Shown here: piece by piece, positions 57,292 to 64,000 of the stretch
Numbering within the stretch: the first letter of the stretch is position 1
Layout of the letters: each line of letters starts with the position of its first letter
DNA from: a virus
DNA length: 64,000 bases
Virus record (IMG/VR): IMGVR_UViG_3300006754_000012
Coordinates: 7,110 to 71,109 of that record
Strand: one strand, 5' to 3'
The notes under the pieces: model-generated
The model's input: the letters and a program-made list of their open reading frames with translations, nothing else
Told to the model about the DNA's origin: nothing
The model's database searches: none
Position numbers and translations under genes: made by a program

Positions 57292-57948
57292 ATGACAGAT
57301 TTAGAAAGCGGTGCGTTGCAGAACGCGCTTACCCGTCAATTCAAGGAGGTAACAGGGTTTTTTAAAGATTCGCCTTATCAGTTGCCAGTAGCGCCAAGTA
57401 AGATGCACTGGTCAATGGCAAGATGTAAGGGCTGCTATTACCAAGAGTGCGACAATACTTACCACCTTATAGCTTCGTCTTTAGCGCAGGTAATAGAAGG
57501 GATAGCAACAGTAGTTGAGCCTGTGTTCTTGAACCTAAAGAACCACCCACAGTCAGTTGTGGTAATAGTTCGCTCCATAGCTGTCCTTGAGACAGTTCCG
57601 TGGCAGTATGCGGCTGGTGTGTTGTCTAATGAATCTGGTGAAAACGCACTATTGGACAAGTATGTGCAGGTTGTCGATCCATTGATCGAGTGTTTAGTCC
57701 AGTTGGTTGTGAATGTAGCAACAAGAAAAGAAGCAACGGTGCTTGCTGATCTTGACAAGCTGAACAAGAAACTCCGCAAAGCTGCCAAGCTTTCGCGGGA
57801 GTGGGCAACAAAGCCAGAAAGTGACCTTGGCCCTGTTGAGTGGTTCAAGGCTTATGACAACTGGCGAAGTATTTGGATAAACGTAGCATCTGAAGGTGGT
57901 TGGTCTTGGCCACCAGAAGTAGAGCCACAAAAAGAGTTACCGTTCTAA
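57292..57948 (+). CDS. Hypothetical protein
   Basis: AAGGAG SD, 218 aa, ELPF C-terminus. Confidence 0.65.
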   Translation: MTDLESGALQNALTRQFKEVTGFFKDSPYQLPVAPSKMHWSMARCKGCYYQECDNTYHLIASSLAQVIEGIATVVEPVFLNLKNHPQSVVVIVRSIAVLETVPWQYAAGVLSNESGENALLDKYVQVVDPLIECLVQLVVNVATRKEATVLADLDKLNKKLRKAAKLSREWATKPESDLGPVEWFKAYDNWRSIWINVASEGGWSWPPEVEPQKELPF

Positions 57949-58044
57949 AAGCGGGTAGCGGGACTTAAAGGTCAAGCCGCGCATGGGAGATGACCTTCGG
58001 TTGGGTGAAAGGCCCATTCTAACAACTAACGAAAGGGTGAATAA

Positions 58045-58215
58045 ATGTTTGAAATGATAGGCGGAACAGTATTCGTCATGCTTGGTATTAGCTTCTTCCC
58101 TGCTCTGTTTAGGGTTCTGTTGGCTACATGGCCGATCATCGTATTAGCGACGTTGTATGGTTATTTTGTACTTGGAATCACAGGCAAGGAAGGGGAGGTC
58201 ACACCAAAAGCTTAG
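58045..58215 (+). CDS. Small two-TM membrane protein (not in the supplied ORF track)
   Basis: AAGGGTG SD; MFEMIGGTVFVMLGISFFPALF... Confidence 0.5.
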   Translation: MFEMIGGTVFVMLGISFFPALFRVLLATWPIIVLATLYGYFVLGITGKEGEVTPKA

Positions 58216-58220
58216 TGAGC

Positions 58221-58300
58221 TTGTGCTATAACAGGTTTAGTGGTATAACTATAATATGAGTAAGGCAATAAAGCCAAACGGCCTGTAGGAGGGCAATATG
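58221..58300 (+). promoter_or_regulatory. Class I promoter plus leader hairpin plus SD
   Basis: TTGTGC-17-TATAAC with TAAC-N11; GGC-AATAAA-GCC; TGTAGGAGGGCAATATG. Confidence 0.7.
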
Positions 58301-58855
58301 GAAGGGGATGTAGTTAGCGACGGTGTAAATGATCTTTATACCGCGATCATAGAGGTTTTAGAAATAGTTGAAGATGCTGGTTTAAAGCCGAGCACAGGGG
58401 CATTGCTTGTGATGGCAACAAGCGAGGAACCCAGTGAAGATCTTTCGGTTTATGAGTTTGCAGTCAAGGCAGGCACCGAGCCTGCGATTGTAACCCTCAT
58501 TGCACGCGGGCATTTCTTTGAAAGCGGCTTTGGTAGTGACAACACTGTATCTACCGTCTTAAACGGGTGGCTATCTAAAAACGAGCCAGTTGATTTTGGA
58601 AATGATTGCGTGCATTGCGGTCAGTGTACGTCATTTGGTGGAGGGCTATTCGTAAACCGAATCCCATTCGGTAGTGACAAAAAAGAAGGCTACGTTTGTG
58701 AGCCTTGCCAAGAAGGGGGGGCGGACGAATTGAGAGAAGAGGTTCGTGTACTAGAGGGGTACATTATGGAAAAAATGAGTTTATCTAAAATGGATCTGGC
58801 TGAAATAATCAACGACCGAATGGGCGGCGGAATCATATGGGGGGACGAGTCATGA
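58298..58855 (+). CDS. Hypothetical protein with CxxC...CxxC
   Basis: CVHC...FVNRIP...CEPC. Confidence 0.65.
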   Translation: MEGDVVSDGVNDLYTAIIEVLEIVEDAGLKPSTGALLVMATSEEPSEDLSVYEFAVKAGTEPAIVTLIARGHFFESGFGSDNTVSTVLNGWLSKNEPVDFGNDCVHCGQCTSFGGGLFVNRIPFGSDKKEGYVCEPCQEGGADELREEVRVLEGYIMEKMSLSKMDLAEIINDRMGGGIIWGDES

Positions 58856-59034
58856 AGCTTGTAATAAGGAAATACAACGGAGATGACAGTTACAGTTGGG
58901 CTGTCTTCCGCAAGACGGATCTCCCGAAGGGCCACCGAGGGATTGTGTTCTGCAGTGAAGCGGAACCAATCGTTTGCGGATGCAGCCGTGACGAGGCGAA
59001 ATCATACAAGCGTACTTTAGAAGGAGGTGAGTGA
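58852..59034 (+). CDS. Small hypothetical protein
   Basis: ATGA coupling. Confidence 0.55.
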   Translation: MKLVIRKYNGDDSYSWAVFRKTDLPKGHRGIVFCSEAEPIVCGCSRDEAKSYKRTLEGGE

Positions 59035-59576
59035 TGTTGTTTAGGACACTTAGTGCAGAGGAAGAGGTTGCTTTTCGCGATTGGGCGAGGAAAAACTATA
59101 TCCCTGGCGATCCTATCAAATCTGTCTGGCACCCCATCGTCCAGGCTGAATGTAAGGTAATGAACAGGACGCCAGATATAGAGATCTGGGTGCTTGATGA
59201 CGGTGAAACTTGGACGACAGAAGAGCCAGAAAGGATGGAGGTTTCTGCTTACCAGTTGAACAGGTTGATCGAAGGAGAGCGGGTAGATGAGGTTGTGGCG
59301 TTGCCTACTTGCCCTGACCCCGCAACTTTAGTGAGTTGGGCGAAGTCAATCAACAACTGGCACTTTGAAGACCAGCCAGCAACTACTGAGGAGGTTCATC
59401 GGGCTTTCAACGAAGTAGTCCTTACGACGACTTGGGGTCACGAGATCCTAAAGTCTTTGATTATCGAAAAGCCGTCTGGCTTCTATTGGAGAGAACGGCT
59501 TGAGCCTGAAGATAGGGAAGGCTTTGCGAGGGATATTGAGCGCAGGAGAAAGTCTTTGGAGGTGAGCAATGGGTAG
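59031..59576 (+). CDS. Hypothetical protein
   Basis: GGAGGT SD; overlaps neighbours. Confidence 0.6.
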   Translation: MMLFRTLSAEEEVAFRDWARKNYIPGDPIKSVWHPIVQAECKVMNRTPDIEIWVLDDGETWTTEEPERMEVSAYQLNRLIEGERVDEVVALPTCPDPATLVSWAKSINNWHFEDQPATTEEVHRAFNEVVLTTTWGHEILKSLIIEKPSGFYWRERLEPEDREGFARDIERRRKSLEVSNG

Positions 59577-59922
59577 CGATACTTTTTGGACAAAGCCAGC
59601 GAGGCCTGGACAGCGTACACACCAGGAAGCAAAGGAAAGGGGCTTGTACGGCGACAGCGCCGTGCTGCATGTCGGGCCAGATTCTAATGTAGACTGGTTG
59701 GTACTGCCTGATGACCCTGCGCTTGGGGGGGCTGCTGGTCACCGCGTAAAAGTGAAAGCGACGGACTTAGATGAATGCCCTGTCTGCAACCAGCGAGCAA
59801 AGTTCCACACTACAAGTGTGGGGTACATCGTGATCGAGTGTGAACAATGTAGTCAGTGGTACGTGTGTGAACTTAAAAAAGAGGTGAGTGATGACAAAGG
59901 TAGGTTTAGTGTTGAGGGATAG
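59569..59922 (+). CDS. Hypothetical Zn-ribbon protein
   Basis: GGAGGT SD; CPVC...CEQC. Confidence 0.6.
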   Translation: MGSDTFWTKPARPGQRTHQEAKERGLYGDSAVLHVGPDSNVDWLVLPDDPALGGAAGHRVKVKATDLDECPVCNQRAKFHTTSVGYIVIECEQCSQWYVCELKKEVSDDKGRFSVEG

Positions 59923-60235
59923 GGTGGTGGATGCTTACGCTGTCCCATCGTTGGAAGGGCTGGTTGTCCACAGGAGCCTTTATGGAAGAGGCTTGTGGAT
60001 GGCGACACATTTACCGTCCAAGTGTTCGCTTGGCGCAAAAGGAGAACCAACAAGGAAAGGTCTGATAGCAAGGCTGGAGAAAGCGCAGTCATTCCACCCT
60101 GTTGATTGGTCAAAAAGCTATGATGAAATGGACACAAATGTTGAGGGTATGCTCGCCAAGTTTTGGCGAACCTTCAACAGCACACGAGCAACGGAAGACC
60201 TTGAGTCTGATGATTCATGGAGGAAAGTAGGGTGA
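59888..60235 (+). CDS. Hypothetical protein
   Basis: GAGGT SD; W.ATHLPS motif. Confidence 0.55.
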   Translation: MMTKVGLVLRDRVVDAYAVPSLEGLVVHRSLYGRGLWMATHLPSKCSLGAKGEPTRKGLIARLEKAQSFHPVDWSKSYDEMDTNVEGMLAKFWRTFNSTRATEDLESDDSWRKVG

Positions 60236-60618
60236 ATAAACAAATAAACGAAGAAGGGTGTAAGATGTTTACTAGAAGTGACTACATGAGAGGCAACTGT
60301 ACGCACGCACAGTTCTATGAGCAGATGGTAACCGATGAGATCAAGAACAACGTGAAGACGTTCGTTGGGATGGGGTATATCTTAAATTCCAAGTGCGAAC
60401 ACTTCAATGATGTGCCTATGAATATCTGGGACACTGCTGGGATATGCGCAGGCTACGCGATTGATGCAAAGATCAAAGAGGCAGAAGATGGCCCGTCCCT
60501 CGCGGGAAGGGTTTGCGTATTGAAAGCAGCCGCAAGGATTCTCAAGCGCGAATACGCTGAGCTTGAGGCGAGATCTACAGTGTCTAATCTTGAATATGCA
60601 GTAAGGAGTGAAAAATGA
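60232..60618 (+). CDS. Hypothetical protein
   Basis: Continuous ORF; start GTG 60232 or ATG 60265. Confidence 0.55.
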   Translation: MNKQINEEGCKMFTRSDYMRGNCTHAQFYEQMVTDEIKNNVKTFVGMGYILNSKCEHFNDVPMNIWDTAGICAGYAIDAKIKEAEDGPSLAGRVCVLKAAARILKREYAELEARSTVSNLEYAVRSEK

Positions 60619-61001
60619 AAGAGATAGAAACCGATCACGAGATATTTGCCGACCTATTGCCACGCAGAATGTTTCCAAAGCGAAAGCCATCGCCTATCGT
60701 TTGGGAGTGGGGGTACTACAATCATATAGATGATGATTGGAACTTCTTCAAAACGCTGAAAGGACTCATTGAGCATTTACGGGGTGAAGGGTCTTCCTTA
60801 TATGGCCAGATCAGCTTCAATAAGTATAGCGATTCACAAATCGTGCTGAAGCGCCGTGGCGAGCAGAGCAGGTCGGAAGACGAGGCAGAGGTCACGGTTA
60901 CGGGGCTGCCTGAAGAGATGGAATATGGACACAAAACCCCGAAGAGGTTTATTGGGCAAGTTAGCCGAGCGCTCCACCTAAGAACAGTTGGTGCGCCCTG
61001 A
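60615..61001 (+). CDS. Hypothetical protein
   Basis: AAGGAG SD; ATGA coupling. Confidence 0.6.
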   Translation: MKEIETDHEIFADLLPRRMFPKRKPSPIVWEWGYYNHIDDDWNFFKTLKGLIEHLRGEGSSLYGQISFNKYSDSQIVLKRRGEQSRSEDEAEVTVTGLPEEMEYGHKTPKRFIGQVSRALHLRTVGAP

Positions 61002-61129
61002 GATGCCTTGTGTAGCTCACAAGCGGGTAGCGGGTAGCAAGGCGGCCCCTAACCCCTTGTGAGCATTAGGGGGGGGTTGGATAGGGGGGGGTATTATCTA
61101 CTCAAAAATAAAAAAGAGGTATTTACAAA

Positions 61130-61327
61130 ATGAATAGAATTGAGCTGGAAAAGAGAATACTGCTTGCCTGTGAAGAGGCAGAGGAAACCATAAATGATAA
61201 ACAGGTTGTAGACGCGATGGTTTCCGCCTTAGCTACCTATGTAGAGACTAGAGGGTTGAATAAGGGGGTAGTGACTAAGACCTTTAGTTGCTACCATCGT
61301 ATGGCGACAGAGGCACCGATGGCATAG
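61130..61327 (+). CDS. Small hypothetical protein
   Basis: GAGGT SD. Confidence 0.55.
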   Translation: MNRIELEKRILLACEEAEETINDKQVVDAMVSALATYVETRGLNKGVVTKTFSCYHRMATEAPMA

Positions 61328-61365
61328 TGCTGTCATAAATCAGGGATTGCTGTAGGAGGCAAAAA

Positions 61366-61923
61366 ATGAAACCAGAACAAATAAAAACAAAAGATCCATA
61401 CTGGATGGTGGGTAAGAAGTACCCAATGACCCAAGTGTGGCTTAGTACGATGAAAATGTATGTCAGGCCAAAGGTAGACGAACCTGTATCTCCTAAAGAT
61501 TATGATTACGCTTTTCATATTAAGGATAGTAGAATTCCAGGCATCGGGATCTTTGTAGACCACACTGGCTTTATAGGGGAAATGTCGAGGTCATCGGTAA
61601 CACTTCACGACGACTGGGTTCATTACGCCCCAACCGTTGATGTATCCTTGCGGGAAGCGCTGCTTTTGTTTGTCACTGATGAATTGCTGTTCGCCGCTGC
61701 AATTCAGCTTGAAAGGTGCCTGGATATGTTTGCGTATTCAAAGAACCGTATTGAGCTTATTGAGTATGGGAAACACCAAGTAGAGTTATCTAAGACAGTC
61801 ATTGCAGAAGCTATGAAAAACAACATCCCTCCTATTACATACGCAAGAATAGTAGGTGAAAAGTTATCATTGGATTGGCTTGAGAAATCAGTGGAAGAAG
61901 TCGCAAAAATGGGAAGAAGATAG
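61366..61923 (+). CDS. Hypothetical protein
   Basis: TGTAGGAGG SD, 185 aa. Confidence 0.6.
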   Translation: MKPEQIKTKDPYWMVGKKYPMTQVWLSTMKMYVRPKVDEPVSPKDYDYAFHIKDSRIPGIGIFVDHTGFIGEMSRSSVTLHDDWVHYAPTVDVSLREALLLFVTDELLFAAAIQLERCLDMFAYSKNRIELIEYGKHQVELSKTVIAEAMKNNIPPITYARIVGEKLSLDWLEKSVEEVAKMGRR

Positions 61924-62111
61924 GAGAGTAACAAGAGTGGCCAAAAATGAGACATGACTCCAAAAAATATAGGGGAAGGGATTTTAGTGCTTGAAGGCAG
62001 CCAAGGTGAGCGCGACCACTGGTGAATGATAAAGACCGCACAACATAGACCATTGACTTAGACCTTTGTTGTCTTATGTATCTTTATCGCTGGGTCATAC
62101 TATTGTGCCAA

Positions 62112-62197
62112 GACGGCTATCGTCGTGCATAACGTGTGTGGTATTATGTTCACAGTAGCAAGTAAGCTACGAAATAAGTAAAAAGGGAGTATATATG
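62112..62197 (+). promoter_or_regulatory. Class II promoter-hairpin-SD cassette, copy 1
   Basis: GACGGCTATCGTC-N5-TAAC-N8-TATTAT; GTAGC-AAGTAA-GCTAC; AAGGGAG. Confidence 0.7.
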
Positions 62198-62419
62198 GAA
62201 GCAGGGGACTTGGTAATAACAAAGAACAGCCCGTGGCACGGGGTGGTCATAGGCTTTTCCAATACGGCAAAGGTCTTGGGTGAAGATGTAGCCCTAAGAA
62301 AAGGGAGCAAAGATGTGGCGAGGGTCATTTGGTTGCACGAGCCAAGTGCGAAAGTGAATTGCTTGCCTTCAAAAGAACTGGTGGTGGTTGGGAACGTTGG
62401 GGGTCATCATGTTGTATAG
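62195..62419 (+). CDS. Small hypothetical protein (SH3-like)
   Basis: MEAGDLV...GVVIG; follows cassette copy 1. Confidence 0.6.
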   Translation: MEAGDLVITKNSPWHGVVIGFSNTAKVLGEDVALRKGSKDVARVIWLHEPSAKVNCLPSKELVVVGNVGGHHVV

Positions 62420-62717
62420 TGGAAGCTTACATATAGGGACTTGCCCATGTGATGACTGCAATAGCGGTACGAGCAAATGCGATAATACGGACTGCGAACA
62501 GATAGCCCTAGATGAGGAGCTAGAGGCTAATGATGGCCTTTGTAATAGATGTCACTTTGGCGAATGTGCCGAGTGCGGCGATGTTCTTGTCGATGGCCAT
62601 GTAATGGACGGCGAAGGGAAATATGCAGAGCCTATGTGCAAAGACTGTTTTCTGATTGAACAAGCATTACCAAAAGACGATGGCGGGTCGCCCGCCATTT
62701 TGGAGGTGAAAGCATGA
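62409..62717 (+). CDS. Cys-rich hypothetical protein
   Basis: Multiple CxxC pairs. Confidence 0.55.
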   Translation: MLYSGSLHIGTCPCDDCNSGTSKCDNTDCEQIALDEELEANDGLCNRCHFGECAECGDVLVDGHVMDGEGKYAEPMCKDCFLIEQALPKDDGGSPAILEVKA

Positions 62718-62778
62718 GGGAAGACTGGGAGAATGAAGCAATCTTATAAAGACTGGCATGGTCACACTAAGATCGCAT

Positions 62779-62861
62779 GACACGTTTCATCAGCCTAACC
62801 TTTGTGGTATTATATAGGTAGTTAGCAATGGAGCTAACAAAACCACAGGGGATTAGAAATG
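62779..62861 (+). promoter_or_regulatory. Class II promoter-hairpin-SD cassette, copy 2
   Basis: GACACGTTTCATC-N4-TAAC-N8-TATTAT; GTTAGC-AATGGA-GCTAAC; AGGGGA. Confidence 0.7.
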
Positions 62862-63056
62862 ACAGAACTATGGTACTACACGCATAGAAGGTACTGCACG
62901 CATAGAAACCAAGAAAGTATGGTATTTGAAGTCTGGGTGCGCACTGGCAGGCAGGAAGAATCTACTCTTGTTGCAAGTTGCAGAAAGCGCGGTGACGCGA
63001 ACTTGATTCGTAAGGTTCTACAGGATCATGCAGACGCCAGAAGGAAGGTAGCATGA
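62859..63056 (+). CDS. Small hypothetical protein
   Basis: Follows cassette copy 2. Confidence 0.55.
   Translation: MTELWYYTHRRYCTHRNQESMVFEVWVRTGRQEESTLVASCRKRGDANLIRKVLQDHADARRKVA
62872..62907 (+). repeat. 18-nt tandem duplication with one mismatch
   Basis: GGTACTACACGCATAGAA / GGTACTGCACGCATAGAA. Confidence 0.85.
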
Positions 63057-63193
63057 AGTACACGATACGATGGAAAGATCCAGATCGCGGAACGCCATGC
63101 TCGTATGTATGCCATGACAGGCAGTCGTACACGGAATGCGTTCGTCAACTAACAGAGCTTGGAATCAAGTTCAAAGTAACAAAGGGAAGGTAG
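63053..63193 (+). CDS. 46-aa hypothetical protein (not in the supplied ORF track)
   Basis: ATGA coupling; MKYTIRWKDPDRGTPCSYVC... Confidence 0.5.
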   Translation: MKYTIRWKDPDRGTPCSYVCHDRQSYTECVRQLTELGIKFKVTKGR

Positions 63194-63196
63194 AAA

Positions 63197-63517
63197 ATGA
63201 AAGTACTAGTAACGACAAACAATCACGATAGGCCGTTCCTATATGGGTATGAAGTCCCTGAAGAAGTAAAGGCCGAGTACGACTGGCTTGATGAAGATGC
63301 GAAGCATGACAACTGGATTAAGTTCAAAGGTCACCATTACCATACAGCCGACTTTATGGCAGTGAATAATCCAGTCCACAACCCGAACCCTCCTGAATGG
63401 CAGGAAGGCTGGGATGGCTACCGAAGCGATAGCTTCTTCAGTGGAGTGGTGATCAAGATTAGCGACGATAACGAAACGTACAGAATAGGTACATTCATAG
63501 GGAGGTCAGGACAATGA
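63197..63517 (+). CDS. Hypothetical phage protein
   Basis: GWDGYRSDSFFSGVVI motif. Confidence 0.65.
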   Translation: MKVLVTTNNHDRPFLYGYEVPEEVKAEYDWLDEDAKHDNWIKFKGHHYHTADFMAVNNPVHNPNPPEWQEGWDGYRSDSFFSGVVIKISDDNETYRIGTFIGRSGQ

Positions 63518-63906
63518 AAGGAACTCTACGGAAAGGCGAAACATATACGATTTATGATGATGATAATGATATGGATCACTGGCAAGTTCTTCACAGTAGT
63601 GAAGTGTACACTGATGACTGTGATGCTGGTGACGACATTGGCCGTTGGTTCGCAGCGGTGAATGATAACCACTGGTCTGGCCGTTGGTTCGCAAGGAATG
63701 AGCGCGAGAAAGCCGAGGCTTGGGCGGTTAGTGAGCTTGATAAGTTGAAAAAGACCAGATGCCCACGCTGTGAGCAGGACACGATGCGCCCTGAGCAAGT
63801 GATGAACGCTTTATCAAGGCGGGACAACGAAACCTACATCTGTTCTTCTTGCGGAGTGGCCGAGGCGATGGAGGACTTCTTTACTAGTCGCACTAATAAC
63901 GCGTGA
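63514..63906 (+). CDS. Hypothetical protein with C-terminal Zn finger
   Basis: CPRC...NALSRRDNETYICSSCG. Confidence 0.65.
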   Translation: MKGTLRKGETYTIYDDDNDMDHWQVLHSSEVYTDDCDAGDDIGRWFAAVNDNHWSGRWFARNEREKAEAWAVSELDKLKKTRCPRCEQDTMRPEQVMNALSRRDNETYICSSCGVAEAMEDFFTSRTNNA

Positions 63907-63988
63907 CGGGTTTCGTCCTTGTAACGTGTATGGTATTATGAAAACAGTAGCAATAAGGCTACAAAAACCACAAAAGGGGAAAGAAATG
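63905..63988 (+). promoter_or_regulatory. Class II promoter-hairpin-SD cassette, copy 3
   Basis: GACGGGTTTCGTC-N4-TAAC-N8-TATTAT; GTAGC-AATAAG-GCTAC; AGGGGA before ATG 63986. Confidence 0.7.
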
Positions 63989-64000
63989 AAAGAAAAGATT

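Noticed and set aside
57951-58020. tRNA gene
   Set aside because: No cloverleaf, acceptor stem or TTC T-loop consensus. No tRNA was recognised anywhere in the window.
63639-63693. TGGCCGTTGGTTCGCA occurring twice, 39 nt apart
   Set aside because: It is an in-frame micro-duplication (GRWFA x2) inside a small ORF, with only two copies and no further pattern.
62112-63988. Repeated cassettes read as a CRISPR array or integron attC sites
   Set aside because: The repeats are degenerate, hundreds of bases apart and have promoter/SD anatomy. There is no integrase or attC core.
1-64000. Alternative genetic code or stop-codon recoding
   Set aside because: Genes are full length in the standard code, and TAA, TAG and TGA are all used as stops.

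Overview
This 64 kb window comes from a tailed dsDNA phage (Caudoviricetes). It looks siphovirus-like: there is a tail tube, a frameshifted tail chaperone and a 1697-aa tape measure, and no sheath. Almost all genes are on the + strand. Gene order: (1) head module starting inside the portal gene (portal with MuF-like tail, protease/scaffold, major capsid); (2) neck module interrupted by rmlB, a sulfotransferase-like gene and a 974-aa multi-GT2 glycosyltransferase; (3) tail, large carbohydrate-binding tail-tip proteins and lysis genes; (4) a translationally coupled operon, ParB - TET/JBP dioxygenase - ParB - radical SAM - TET-associated glycosyltransferase - radical SAM/SPASM - cupin, predicted to hypermodify DNA; (5) a lone minus-strand prim-pol-like gene; (6) replication/recombination genes (SF2 helicase, PD-(D/E)XK nuclease, Sak4-like ATPase, SSB, initiator, primase-helicase); (7) a RavA/ViaA-like AAA+/VWA trio, rmlC, a sigma-like factor and recU; (8) small early genes behind repeated promoter-hairpin-SD cassettes. 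The most interesting items are the TET plus two radical-SAM modification operon with no adjacent methyltransferase, a candidate virion glycosylation/sulfation module, the apparent total absence of CCGG (and GGATCC), and two families of repeated cis-elements. All calls come from reading motifs by eye; no database searches or counts were run.
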